DNA of 64,000 bases from Hydrolagus colliei (Eukaryota). The stretch spans positions 2,418,001-2,482,000 of the forward strand of contig CM068753.1 of NCBI GenBank assembly GCA_035084275.1, read 5' to 3'. Each line of letters begins with the position of its first letter. Positions within the stretch are counted from its first letter, which is position 1. This document shows, in pieces, positions 25,525 to 38,631 of the stretch. The notes beneath the pieces were generated by a model that was not told the DNA's origin, ran no database searches, and saw nothing but the letters and a program-made list of their open reading frames with translations. A program made the position numbers and the translations under genes.

Positions 25525-27679
25525 CCAGGACTCACTCTCATCTCCGTAGGTACAGAAATGTACGTTTGGCTTCTCAACATGGGACAACAAAAAAGCCTGC
25601 GACGTCAGCGTAAAGTCAAGGGAAATACTGTACAGGCAAAACTATAGGGTTAGGGTTAGAACCCTAACGCTAACCCTATAGCCCAGGAGCCAAAGCAGAC
25701 ACTCGCCAACTGGGTGTCATTTCATTTGGTAGAATTGAATTACTTACCTGACATTTTTTGTGGGGGATTACAATTTGAATTTCTGCGAATTATGGGCTGT
25801 TTTGTAGAAACCTGCAGTAAAAAAACCTTGTTTTTCACAGTCAAGGGGAAGGACTTTTCTGATTTTAGTTATGAACGCAGTAACACATTCAGATAAGCCT
25901 CGGGGCGGGGGTGAGCAGGGGGGAAGGGTTGGGGGGGAGGAGGGAAGGGTGGGGGCAAACTCTCCAGCGTTTGGAAATCGAGGGGACTGAGGAATGTTTA
26001 CAAACAAGTGCAGATGAAAACGTGAGAAAATAAACTTTGCCAGTCTCTCATAAAAGATGAATTTCTGATGAAACCTCTGTATCCAGTTAAGAAACTAACT
26101 GGAGGCTTTGTCTATATATATCTACTGTATATATATATATATATGGTTTGAGAAAAAAAGGACGAAAGAAAGACACGCAGGTGAAGCATTCGTGCAGAAC
26201 CCAAAGCAGCGAAACCAACAAAAATAAAGGTATAATTATCGTACATGTTACAACAGTGCCTTTTGAGGGAAAAGAGATTTTTAAGTGCGTGCAGCACTTC
26301 AGGAGTTACTTATCCTGTATTTACGCCCGAAAACAGCACCTTTTCTGGGCGATTATAAAATACTATGTCCCCCACCCCCCCATTCAACAACGACAACAGT
26401 AAATGACAGTTAAATGTTGTGTGAGAGCATCCGCTGTAATTATCTGAATTATGTATTCCTGTCACTTCACATAGAGCGCTGGGTTAATCACTTGCTTCTA
26501 GTGAGACACGTACAGGCCATTTCACACACACACAAACACTAATACCTACCTTCTTATACAGCAAGTCAGCCTCAGATCAGTTTTGCTTTAATCTCCACTT
26601 AGGAATTGGCTTGGCTTTGGTGAGTGACTCCTATTCACTTCATCGAGGCCCCCTNNNNNNNNNNNNNNNNNNNNNNNNNNNNNNNNNNNNNNNNNNNNNN
26701 NNNNNNNNNNNNNNNNNNNNNNNNNNNNNNNNNNNNNNNNNNNNNNNNNNNNNNNNNNNNNNNNNNNNNNNNNNNNNNNNNNNNNNNNNNNNNNNNNNNN
26801 NNNNNNNNNNNNNNNNNNNNNNNNNNNNNNNNNNNNNNNNNNNNNNNNNNNNNNNNNNNNNNNNNNNNNNNNNNNNNNNNNNNNNNNNNNNNNNNNNNNN
26901 NNGATGGGAGGAGCTTCTTTGTGCCACAGCAGGAATCTACCAAATTCATTTATTCTGCGCTCACAGAAGTCATTGAGTTAGTTACCCTTTCAAAGCGCGT
27001 TACCATCGAATGAACTAATGTGACAATTATTAAAGAGACCCAGAAAAATCTCTGGGTTTTTTTTCTTTCTCTCTCCTCTCCACGTCTCAAATTCCTCCCG
27101 CGTCTCATTTCTACACATCAGAGAGGCACCATGCGATGGGAGGGGGGTGGGGGGGGCGGGGGCGTGAGGTTGGGGGTGGGTAGGGGTGAGGTGGGCTGGG
27201 GTGAGGTACCATACCCTCTGATCTTTTCATAACCCACTCACTTGGTGGCGAGCCTCTACAGTCACTATACTTCACTGTATATACACCGTGAAGCGCTTTG
27301 AGGCGTCTCTGAGACGTGATAAGGCGCTGTACTGAATGCAAGAACTATTATTATTATTAGAAATATTATTATTAACAGGGAAACAAACTTCAGACACTCT
27401 AATTGAAAGGCAGAGTAAGAGACTGTAGTGGTCACAAGACTATTTGTATCTTCAAACTTCCAAAGCCCCTTCAGTGGTGTGTGTGTGTGTGTGTGTGTGT
27501 GTGTCCACCGAGACTTTTGGCTTTGATGTAGTTCACCTGTTCACACCACTGCTGGCGATCAGAATATCACTGCGGAATCCGCAGACAACTAACTTGCTGA
27601 TGAATCATTGGTGCTAACGGTAGGGGAGTGTGAGCGTCTTCCAATCTCCAGGAGTTTAAGAGTTGCCCATCGACGAGGA

Positions 27680-27860
27680 GGGTCTTGAGGCGCGACCTTG
27701 AAGGAGGCCAGGGAGGGAGGGTGGGGGGCGAGCGAGGCGGAGGAGGGACTGCTGTGGGATGGAGTTCCAGAGGTTGGGGAGCGGAGTGGCTGAAGGCAAA
27801 GACCTTTCGCCAACGGTGGGACGGGTGGGTGAGTCAGTGGGGAATGTGGACCAGGCCGGA
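27680..27860 (-). mobile_element. L2-clade LINE 3' fragment; related pieces at 35920-36100(-), 47490-47645(-), 62255-62402(+), 3335-3405(+), 8770-8855(+)
   Basis: Shared GGAGTTCCAGAGGTTGGGGAGC..AGTGGCTGAAGGC (reverse encodes AFSHSAP.LWNS) and/or the same tail. Confidence 0.7.
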
Positions 27861-28314
27861 GCGGAGGGAGTGGGTGGGGAGGTCGGTAAGGAGATAGGAG
27901 GTCACCGATTGAAAGGTGGGAGCAATATGTCAGTGAATCCCATTTCTCCGTTCTTTGCTCTGTGCCACAAACCTCTCAGTGATATGAAATGCACTCTCTA
28001 ACCCCCCCCCCCACCCCCCCCACACACACACACACACACACACAGAGCCTGTGTGACCAGAGTTTGGCAGGCCCTACACGCCGGGGTTGATGGTTGAATT
28101 GCGGATTCACGCTGGCACTATCTTGGCAGGTGCACAGAGAGCTTCGATTATAAAACTCGGTGGAAAAAATTTCTCTAATCTCCTGTGAGATGGATCTGAT
28201 GTGACCTGCGAAGCTGGGAGTCTCGGATATTTGGACTGGTGTGAGACGGGCCATTGTTAATCGCCCGATATCATCTTGTCAGAGAGCAGCAACTCAGCAA
28301 ACGCACCGCAGTCA

Positions 28315-28375
28315 AAACACTGCGGAGGCTGGAAATATGAAATTTAAAACAGGATTGGCTGGGGACGGACACACA

Positions 28376-28424
<49 letters not shown>

Positions 28425-28572
28425 CAATCGGGTCAGGCAGCATCTATGGAGAGTGAAGAACGAACGTGGAGGTAACGTTTCAGGTCGATGGCGCGTTCTG
28501 GGGGAAAGGTGATGGACCTGAAACGTGAACTCACTTTCCTCTCTCTCCATAGATGCTGCCTGACCTGACCTG

Positions 28573-28619
<47 letters not shown>

Positions 28620-28637
28620 TCGGCCAATTCTGTTTTC
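28315..28637. repeat. Palindromic dispersed repeat (long hairpin); half copy at 172-265
   Basis: Perfect 23-bp arms 28431-28453/28543-28565 and 12-bp inner arms 28475-28486/28515-28526. Extended by (CA)n/(TG)n and outer arms 28346-28358/28624-28636. Confidence 0.85.
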
Positions 28638-29685
28638 AAACGCACTGGATTAAAATGCATTGTAGGCCGTGTGATTATTAGTGCAGAAACAATTCCCCCT
28701 TACACTCCCAGCTGCACAGTGATTCAGAGCAGGAAGGGGGAATTATATTTCCTACTTAAAAAATACTATTGCCCAGGGCTACAAAGTGAGCACTGAACTG
28801 GTTAGCTCTGCCCAATTCAGCAAAGAGCTCGGAGTCAGATGGCTCGCTCACATTCCAAAATCTTTTGGACCTTGCGAAAGCTTCGCTCACCAAGTTTAAA
28901 AGCCTCTTTATCCGTAGCGGAGGGAGTCCAGATTCCAATGTATATCCCCCCACCCCCCTCTCCAAAAGCCTCCACTAGACCGGAATTCCCATTCGGAACT
29001 TGAGTTTGAGGAGTTTGAGAGGCTTGGAATCAAATCGGAAAAAACATTTAATAAAATCTGAAAATCCTGCAAACTTTTACATGGAGCTGTTGGGTTGTCT
29101 TAAGCCAAACCAAGACAGATCAATAGGATTTTAACCCTGACTTTTAAACCCCGGACAGAGTTAAAAGTGTGAACTCCAGTGGAGTGGGGGGAGGCCATGG
29201 GTTTGGCAACCAGCCAGGCCCATGGGCCTTCCAGAGTCAACCAACTTGCGCGGTCCATCTCCCCGCTCCACACTCCCCAGATTGTACGAGACATCACGGG
29301 AGAGGGACAGGAAGAGAGGTGNNNNNNNNNNNNNNNNNNNNNNNNNNNNNNNNNNNNNNNNNNNNNNNNNNNNNNNNNNNNNNNNNNNNNNNNNNNNNNN
29401 NNNNNNNNNNNNNNNNNNNNNNNNNNNNNNNNNNNNNNNNNNNNNNNNNNNNNNNNNNNNNNNNNNNNNNNNNNNNNNNNNNNNNNNNNNNNNNNNNNNN
29501 NNNNNNNNNNNNNNNCCAACTGGCCTCCCTCATTCCCTCTACTACCGGCAAACGGTGACCCACGACACACAATCTAGCGACACAAAGAACTGAAAGTGGC
29601 TCGAGGGATACTATTGCAATCAGCATCACAGCCTTCCCTAAGTAGCTCTTATCCTCAAAATGACTTGACTAGGGCTTTCGGTCAA

Positions 29686-29722
<37 letters not shown>

Positions 29723-32700
29723 GCTATACCTTGAGGCCATCACCCATAACACAAGGTGCAGTTCCACAGGTCAGGAGATTACGAAGCACTAACAACAAGG
29801 ACAGCGTAAGGCAAACGGTTATCAAGGCTGCCGTATATAAGATCTTATCGATCGATCGGGTGTATGTAAAAAAAATTGCTGTGAAGGAAACTCATTCGTT
29901 CAGGAGCTGGGAGTTTGGGAATAGAGTTGGGAACAGAGCTTGCAAATCGCAGATCATTGTGAGTTCTTTCCATGGTTCAATGTTCTTCGTAAATGCCACC
30001 CCCCCGCCCCCCCACACCCCCTCTCACCAGGATCTAAATGTTCCTTAAAATGCTCACAAGGTCCACAGAAATGTCCAGTTCAGTGAGATGAGCTGGTTCT
30101 TAACTAAGTCGAGGAGGTAACTCTCCAAACGCACTTATCACTTGATCATTTAATGCTCATTAAGATGAGGCATGATAGGGTGGTGAGGGTCTTAGTGTAA
30201 TCTTGGAACAAGATCACCCTTTTCCAAACCTCCCTCGGTTCTGTATTTATTTTATTTTATTGCCGACGGTGACACTGTCAATCGAGGATTCCAGAATTTA
30301 CATTGAGTTTTGATGTGTGTTGGAAGGTCATCGGTGGGCTCGTTGGCTGCGTATAATTCACAATTGTTTTAGAAACCATGAGATTAAGGTACCGGCAATA
30401 TCTCTCTTGAGATCTGAATTGCAAGCTAGCTCTCCAGCCAAGCCTGAGACTAGTCCACTAATAATACATGTAATGTGGGAAATCACAGCTTGTCTTGTGT
30501 GTGAGAGAGACAGAGAGAGAGAGAGGGGTGGGGGGGGGGGGGGGGGGGGGGAAGAGGGAAGTTAATTCAGAACAAATCCGAGAAAGCACTACTTCAGTGG
30601 GCGAGTAAGTAAAACTTATGGAACAGACTCCCCTAGGGAGGGCAGATGGTGGAAACAGAAAGTCTTGTTTGTTTCGAGAACCATCGAGATATATTTCTGC
30701 TGGAAAAATAATATCTGGGGACAAAGTACATAGCGTGGACTGTGGTAAGTCCAGCGATCGCCAGGATTGCCTGGAAGGTGAGAGGGATGGACCTCAAGTG
30801 TTTCTCCCTCGCCAGCGGATTCTCGTGAATCTTTATGAAACCCAGAACCCATTTACGTTTTATACAATGGGGTGGGGGGGGGGAGGGGGTTGGAATCCAA
30901 TGGTATCGGAACACGATATATTTAATAAAGCGCCTTTTCCATTTATTTTTCCTGACCCCCCACCTCCCCCCCACCAAACGCAAATCACCCCCTGATTATC
31001 GCAAGTGTTGGTAAATCTTCCTTATCTAACCCATTTTGTTCCAGAATGAAAATGAAAACACTGGTCAAATCTACCAGACAGCCAGAAGCACACTTTAGTT
31101 GTGCGCTCCCTGACTTCTGCGCTAATTGGATGTAACTTTTGTTGAGACTGAATCGCCGAAAGGTGATTAAAATGGGCTGTGGTCGGATTTGGAAAAAGGG
31201 TTTATTTTTAGCCTCAGTTTATAAGACATCCTGACCCAAGCATAACATTTACTGGCAAACCAGCTCCGTGTTTATTCGGATACAACTGAACTGAAACGCA
31301 ATCTCTCAAAGTGTCATTGAGTTGAATTTTCACTGAGAGAGAGAGAAAAAATTATTCGCCCATGGGAAGATCAGGAGTGGGGGGGGGGGGACGGGGAAAT
31401 GATTCAATCCTGAACAGCAGCCCATCAGATGTCTACAGAGATATGAGTGTCATTTGGCACTCAAACAGGCTCCATGTATCCCCACCGACCCACTTTAAAA
31501 AAAATTGCATTTGTTCCAATGTACGTGAATGCTTTGGCGACAGAATTGTAGGATTTAAATTCGACTTTGAAGGGAGAAAACGATGCAATGAAATACACCC
31601 CCCCACCCCACCGCACCCCCTCACAACCAGCAGCACTGAAATCAGCCTCAACAACACTGGAGGAACTGGAGGCCAGTTCCTGTCGTTAAACAAGATCCAG
31701 GGTAATTCTCGCCTGCTCGGTACATTTGGCACACACGTCCGTGTAACAAGAGTATAACGGAAACAGACTTACACCACAAAGGGTCAGTAAACGTTTGGAT
31801 CAGGAGAGAATAAGATTCCACACTCAACACCCTACCCCCCACCCGCACACTCCCCCCAAAACGTTGGGAAATCAGCTAAAGAAGAATCTCCTGATCTCCT
31901 CTCCCCCCACCCCCCCCCAGCCCCGCCGCCTTCTCCTCTCTAACGTTGGTCGGGCACCCAACTAAGTTTGGCTTTAATAATAAGACAGGAAAAGCACGTT
32001 GAAGTGATTTAGTTTCCCACAGCGCGGAAACCCCAACAAACCCAAAATAAAATCTTTTTACCACTTTTAAGTTTGCGTCCCATCAGCGCTGGGGCGAGGC
32101 TCGTTAAACATGAAGGTTTACAATCCTGAGCGAGAGAGAGAGGGGGGGAGAGGGAGAGAGAGAGAGAGATCGCAGGATCGTAACGCGCAAAAGCTACAAG
32201 AGAAGTTTAACACAGACAAAAAAACATAAGACACCAAAAAAAAGCGTCGACCCGTAAAAGTGATCAGCTCTCGGGAATTGTACTCGCAAAAAAAAAGTAT
32301 TATTTTTCTTTTGCGAGTATAAAAAGTATTCTTTTTTTGGGTGGGGGGGAAACTGAATTGGCCCCTCACTTCTTCATTTCATTCATCTTTGTTGTCTTAT
32401 TATTATTATTATTATTATCTACGGTGTAAGTAAAACACAATGGATGGCTAAGCAGAAAGGCGGCGGTTAGCAAGAGCGTCTCACCAAACTTCTTAATGTC
32501 TAATTTCATGGTCCTGTCCAATTGTCAACCCCAACACATGATCCACACAATGCAGAGGCTTTATTGGGGAGAGAGTTTAGCCGGTTGGGGGGTTTTGGGG
32601 ACTGAATTGACCACTTTGTGCTTTCAAAGTGAGTGCTAAATTACCTGCCTCCTCCTGCGCTGTAAATCTCCCTCCCCCCCCTCCCCACCACCTCACTCCC

Positions 32701-34249
32701 TCCCTCCCCCCCCCAACCTCCCTCCCCTCCCCACCACCTCCCTCCGCTCCCCCCCCTCCCTCCGCCCCCCCTGACAAAACTATGATCAAACTATGTTCCA
32801 GCTTGTCTCTGCTGCAGGTGGAAAATATGTGGGGAAAGGAAAGCGTCCAGGATATACATAAGTTTTCAGTCTCCTGACTTTATCTGTGAACTCAAATTTG
32901 TTCTCTCACTCTCGGATTGGTGGGGGGGAGGATGCGAAACCCACTCACTCAATCAGTGTGTGAGAGGCATTCAGGTCTTAACAGATATCTGCACGTAAAC
33001 CACAGCTCCCACACTATTGTAAAACCCTTGCACTCCACAAGGTTTTACGAACTGCTTATTTCCCCCCGCACCCCCCCACCCCCCTTTTTTAATTCCCGCC
33101 TTTCACAAAGACACATCGGGCCGTAAAGCTGTGTTTCATCCGCAGAGAAACACAATGAGAAAGAAACATTCCCTCAGTGACTGTGAACGGGAGGGACGGG
33201 ATGGATGGTGGGGGGTGGTGGTGGGGGGAGAGAGAGAGAGGGAGAGAGAGGAGAGAGGGGACTCCTATCGTGTGTGACTTAAAATACATTGCCTTCGCTT
33301 TCCATGGTTTCAAATGTTCAAACGACGCACGAAGCAAAAGAAGTATCTTTTCGCCAGAGACAAGTAGAATTTACAAGTGTGCGTTGTGGCTTTTTTTCCC
33401 CCCAAAAAAAATTAAAATAAAAGAGCGGGGGAGAGAACCTGCCGGTTTAAAGGCTAATAATGTCAGAGCTTCGAAAGGAACGACGTAGAGGGAGACAAAA
33501 GCCGAGCATTGATCGAACCTTTAGCCTCAGGTGATCACATCGACGAAGACAGATCGATACGTTCACGTCACACGCAAAATGGCATGAGAGGGCTAAGCCC
33601 AAAGCATTTTTTGCGCAGTGTGCGTTACTAAAACAACTGGCTGTCTGAAAAAACACCATCTTTCTTCAATCACAAATAAATAACATTTATGGTCAGCTAA
33701 TCCGGTTCAGTCGAGAGATTCATTCATTCCGTCTCCGCCGAGAAGCCCAGAGAAACCAGACATTCCTTCTGTCTGTGAAACGCTGGATCCAAATAAGTTT
33801 TTTTTTCACAAAAATGTTTTATATTAAAATAAATTACTTGTGGGAAAGTTAACAAACGATCGTTTCCTACCCCCATTTGTCTCGTTCGAAATCAGAGAGA
33901 GAGAGAGAGAGAGAGAGAAAAAGGCCACTTTTGCCCGGCGCGAAGAGCGGTATGTGTTTAGGAGTGTCGGATAATAGTGATGAGGGTGGGGGGGAGGTGA
34001 GGGATGGGGTGGGGGGGGCTCGGGGGTGACATCTCTCCCCTTCCTGAGAGCGACTTGGCTGCGGACTCTATTTAGATGCCAAAGACAATGGGGGGGGGAA
34101 AGATGACTGAAAGTGCGAGAAAGGAGGGGAGGGGAGGGAGGGAGGGAAGGGAGGGGAGAGGAGCTACCTGATCAGGGGAGGGTCTGTGGCAGTGGGTGAT
34201 GTGTGTGAGGGGAGGAGAGGAGGGAGGGGAGGGGAGAGGAGGGAGGTAC

Positions 34250-34381
34250 CTGATCAGGGGAGGGTCTGTGGTTGCTGTGTTGGGATCGAGCCGAGTGAGC
34301 GATGCCGGTGATGATGATGTGGTGCTGATGATGATGGTCATCGTCATAATTGTCCGCCATCAGCTTCATCCGGTTCTGCGT
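34250..34381 (-). CDS. ERC2: ERC2 His-rich penultimate coding exon
   Basis: 132 nt, ttttccgcag|ACG...GAT CAG|gtacct. Encodes TQNRMKLMADNYDDDHHHQHHIIITGIAHSARSQHSNHRPSPDQ. The poly-His and SQHSNHRPSPDQ are diagnostic of ERC2 rather than ERC1, and the frame is continuous with both neighbouring exons. Confidence 0.93.
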
Positions 34382-34704
34382 CTGCGGAAAATAAGACACA
34401 CACACACACGCTCTGAAACAAACTCTCCTCTCCTCGCCCGCCACCCACCCGGCTGGAGGGATTTTGGTGGGGGGGCGGGGGGGGGGGGGGGGGAGAGGCA
34501 GGGATAACCAGAACGATTTCAAGGAAGAGAGGCCGCAATACGCTACCGTTAACCTTCGATGTATTTCTACAAAAGCATCGCGGGAGACAGAGAGAGAGAG
34601 AGAGACAACCAGGGCCTCTCTTCCGAACCACAGCCATGTGTCTATCTAACCGTGTGTCTGTCTAACCTGCTGCGCAGTAGGCAGCAAAGAGCAGCGGCTT
34701 TCAA

Positions 34705-35055
34705 TCGTTTGCATTTGACTCCCCCCAGCGCGTTATCAGGTCTTCGAGACTGTGTCTCAAAGCACATTCACTGAACGTACCGTAAAGGGAATTGACTGTA
34801 TATATATATATATATATTAATGGGCGAAAGAAACGCGGCAGCCGATTGCGCACAGCAGCGTCCCCCCCACAAACAGTCGTGGGTTGAAATGACCGAATTC
34901 TTACTGGGTTTTTTGGGGGGCGAGGTGATTATTATTAGGCGAGCGCGTGTTGTGTGTAGTAAGGAAACTTACCCAAGGTTTCGCCCAGACCTGACCTGAC
35001 CTGCCTGGATTCGAAACACAGGTCTCTCACTCGCAAACCTGAGTGTCTCTAACTC
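34705..35055 (-). mobile_element. SINE, near full length
   Basis: Reverse complement of tail, core and B box. Confidence 0.85.
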
Positions 35056-35211
35056 CTTAGCAAAGACAGGAATATTTGAAGGAAAGCAAAAGTCTGGTTC
35101 AGAATGACATTGAATATATCTGATTGTATTCGGGGGCACATACTGGACAGATTAGATCATCTCACTTCTCAGCAAACAGGTCCTAACCTGGTTGATGACA
35201 AACTAGGAGTT

Positions 35212-35380
35212 GAGCTCCTGTAGCTCAGTGGGTTAGAGCACTCGCATTGCCTTACAAGTGTGAGACCTGTGTTCGAATCCAGGCAGGTCAGGTCAGGTCA
35301 GGGTGAAACCTTGGGCAAGTTTCTTTACTTCACACACACACAGGCCTAAGAATAATCCCTCAAAAATAAACAATAATAAA
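35212..35380 (+). mobile_element. SINE 5' half (head only)
   Basis: GAGCTCCTGTAGCTCAGTGGGTTAGAGCA...GTTCGAATCCAGGCAGG...AATAATCCCTC; 3'-truncated. Confidence 0.85.
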
Positions 35381-37140
35381 AGGAATGCTTTTACTGCTTT
35401 TACTGTTGGGAGTCAATTAGGTGGGACAGCCCCCTCCACCCCCCCCACAAGGCAGAAGAGGGTTTGTTAGTGGTGGGGGAGAGAAAAAGCGAGAGAGACC
35501 ATCTGTTTGGGCCTGTCACAGGCAATGACATTTGGTGGCTGACCACAGAGCGAGAAGAAAATTTGCAGAGAGTAGGAGGAGGCTGGAAAAGCATTGCATT
35601 TCCACATTCATGGGTGAGACACAAACGTGGGATTCCAAACCAGACCAAGTCAACACGGGCCCCAACCCTCACGCCAACAAGGAACGTGGCTATCAGCCTT
35701 TGAATCTGGAAACCACGCGAGCCCGTTTTAAGTTTCGAACCCGAAACCCGACCGTACGCAAAGCCCCACAGACAGTGTCTCTCTCCCAGGGTGGATTTTC
35801 AGTTTTCCCGGATAAGATCTATAAACGAGTGTCCCCCGATTGACACGCCGGCCTCCTTTACAATAACAACAATACTGTATTATTGCAGTAATATACTGCC
35901 CCCCCCCCCCCCCCCCCACCCCTCACTCCACGCCAGGCAGAGTCTCTTCACAATAGCGGAGTCCGAGGGCGGAGGCAGGAGGTGACAAGGCACGGTCGGT
36001 CGGTCGGTCGGACGGAAGGGTCTTTAGACGCGACCCGAAAATAAAAAGAGGGGGGATGTGAGGCGGAGGGATTGAGGGAGGGGAGTTCCAGAGTTTCGGG
36101 GTGGGTGGGGGGGGGGGGGGGGGTAGGTGAGTGACTGAAAGAACGAACGAGTTTATCGCGGATTACAAACACGCGGCAAATTTTCGTTTGGATGTCGGCA
36201 CACGTCACTCACCGCGGCGACCGACCTCGCCAATCCCGCGCCAAAATACTCTCCAGGATCCGGTAAACGGGGGGGTGGGTCCCTCCAAACAGACTCGATT
36301 CACGACACAGGGGCTGTTGCGCGTCTGGTGTAAATGGCGTGAGTGAAGCAGAGCTCCGACTACTCTAGATCTACTCTAAAAGCACAATGCTAATAACAAG
36401 AATAAAACACTGTGTTTGATCCAGCTCCTCATCGCGACGTCTTGGGAGACGAGGCAAAAAGCTTCACGGAACTTCACTGGGAAGTGAATCGACTGTACGT
36501 TTTGTGGGCGAAACGCGGCAGCCGATGGCGCACAGCAGCGTCATTGTCCGTTACCCCCCCCCCCCACCCCCGCACCCCCCCCACACACACAAACAGTGGT
36601 GGGTGGAGTGTCAGATATGCGGGTCGACCCACAAATGATTTCCCGTCAAGGATCGTTCACACTCGGGGAGGAGGATTCGAAACGGGACTCGGTCCTGACG
36701 TCGTCGACTAACAAGAGAGCGCGCGCGAGCTGAGGAAGGTTAGGCTGTTGATCTCATCTCACTTCGGCTTTTCGATGACCAAAAACAACAAAAAAATGCT
36801 CTAATTGTACCTTTTAAAGGAATTTGTTGTAACACAGGAAATCATTACATACCAATGAGCTGATGAAGCAAATTGCAACAAAAAAAAGGGAGGGGGGGGG
36901 GGGTGGGGGGGGGAGGTAGAGAGGTCTGTAATGAATGTTTAATAACCATAAAATTAGTCGGGACAAGGAATAAAAATCACAATTGATCCCAGAAGAAAAA
37001 GGCGAATCGGTAGAAACTATTTAAGGGAGATCCTCAGAACTAATGCACCCAGAGCCCAGGCCACAATTCACAGTACGGAACTTTACCCTGTGAATGGTCT
37101 CGTTACGATGGGATCCCTACATTCCTACCAACAATCGCAC

Positions 37141-37190
37141 CCCCACCTCAGCGCCCACCTCCGCGCCCACCTCCGCGCCCACCTCAGCGC
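37141..37190. repeat. 12-bp GC-rich tandem repeat x4
   Basis: CCCACCTC(A/C)GCG repeated four times. Confidence 0.9.
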
Positions 37191-38319
37191 TGACCTTAGC
37201 CTGCACAGGCCGTCCAACACACTTGTAGGGACATGAGTGTTTGCGTTGCAAGCCCTCAACTTGACCAGTTCCCAAACCCCCCCTGACAAGTCTCCCCTGG
37301 GCTTTCTGCGGAGTAACATTAACCCCAAATGGTACCTCCCCCCCCACCCCACCCCACCCCACCCAAATGGTCTCATTTCCACACAGCAAAGCTCCCTCCC
37401 TCTCCTATAACCCAGATGGGAGACAACAAACGGGGAGGGAAATCTAGTTACACTCCACATTGTCCCGGCATCCTATCTCCACCGAAAAAAACTCTCGTTA
37501 CCGTTTTTCGATCACGGATCCGTCGATTAAAACGGATTAAAATACATTTGGGGAGGTGGGGGGTGACAGGTCGTCCGAAACTGGGAGAATTCGCAATATC
37601 CTGGATCATCTTTCGATGCTTAACTGATGGATTTTCAATTAAAAAAAAGCCACATTGCAGGACTTTAGCCGAAAAATCGAAGCTCTGTTTTGCCTGTGTA
37701 GGTAATAGTAACTGCATTCAGACACTCCTCCCTCCCTCGCTCCCTCCCTCCCCCCCCTCCCTCCAAAGAAAAGAAAGGGATGTGTTCAAACTGTGATTAA
37801 TTTGTCTCACTTGGATTTCCGACAGGTTTCTTTGAAGGGACTCGAGGCAACCGACGTGATCTCAAGTACCAGCAGCAAATTCTTGCAGTTAAAAGAACTC
37901 TCTCGTCAGAACATGACAAAAAGCACCCTTACCCCCCCCCCCCCCCCCCACTCCCTGTGGCTGACGCAAGTTTAAAAATTAAACAAAAAATCAAACGCAA
38001 ACGCAAAAAAAATAATAATAGTTTTCTCGAATCGGTTGTGCGTTCGCGGTTGATTTTCACTTCACCGAGAGCTGGGGGCTGTGAGGCACCGCTCGGTGCT
38101 GATCCTCTGGGTGCCAAGAGACCAAGTTGTACCGTAATAAAACACCGGTTTGTGCCGTTCCCGCCTGGGGGGGGGGGGGGGGGGGGGGGGAATAACAACA
38201 ACACGTGATCTCGCTCGACCCCCGCGGAGACGCTTTGTGTTTGTGGAAGACACCGACGATCACTGCCGCCCACCAAATGTACACTTCCACTCACTTTGTG
38301 GGGTGTTGTTACCTTATCC

Positions 38320-38555
38320 TTGTGAAGACACGGGTTCGGTTCCAGGCAGGGAGAAAACCTGGGCAAGTTTCCTGACTCCACACACGCCAGCCAGGAATAA
38401 TCTCTCAAATATATATAATATGTATATATATTTTTAATCCGGTCGTTTCAATTCACGGCTGTTTGTGTGTGGGGGGGGGGGGGGAGACTCTGCTGTGCGT
38501 GATTGGCTGCAGCGTTTCGCCCACAAATGTATATATACAGTCAATTTACTTTACA
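38320..38555 (+). mobile_element. SINE, partial
   Basis: B-box region, core and start of tail, lying ~80 nt from the ERC2 donor. Confidence 0.78.
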
Positions 38556-38631
38556 GGGCCCCGGGGTGGGGTGGGGGGGGGGGGGGGGGGGGGGGAGTGC
38601 AGAAGAGCAGAGGGATTTAAATAGAACTCAC

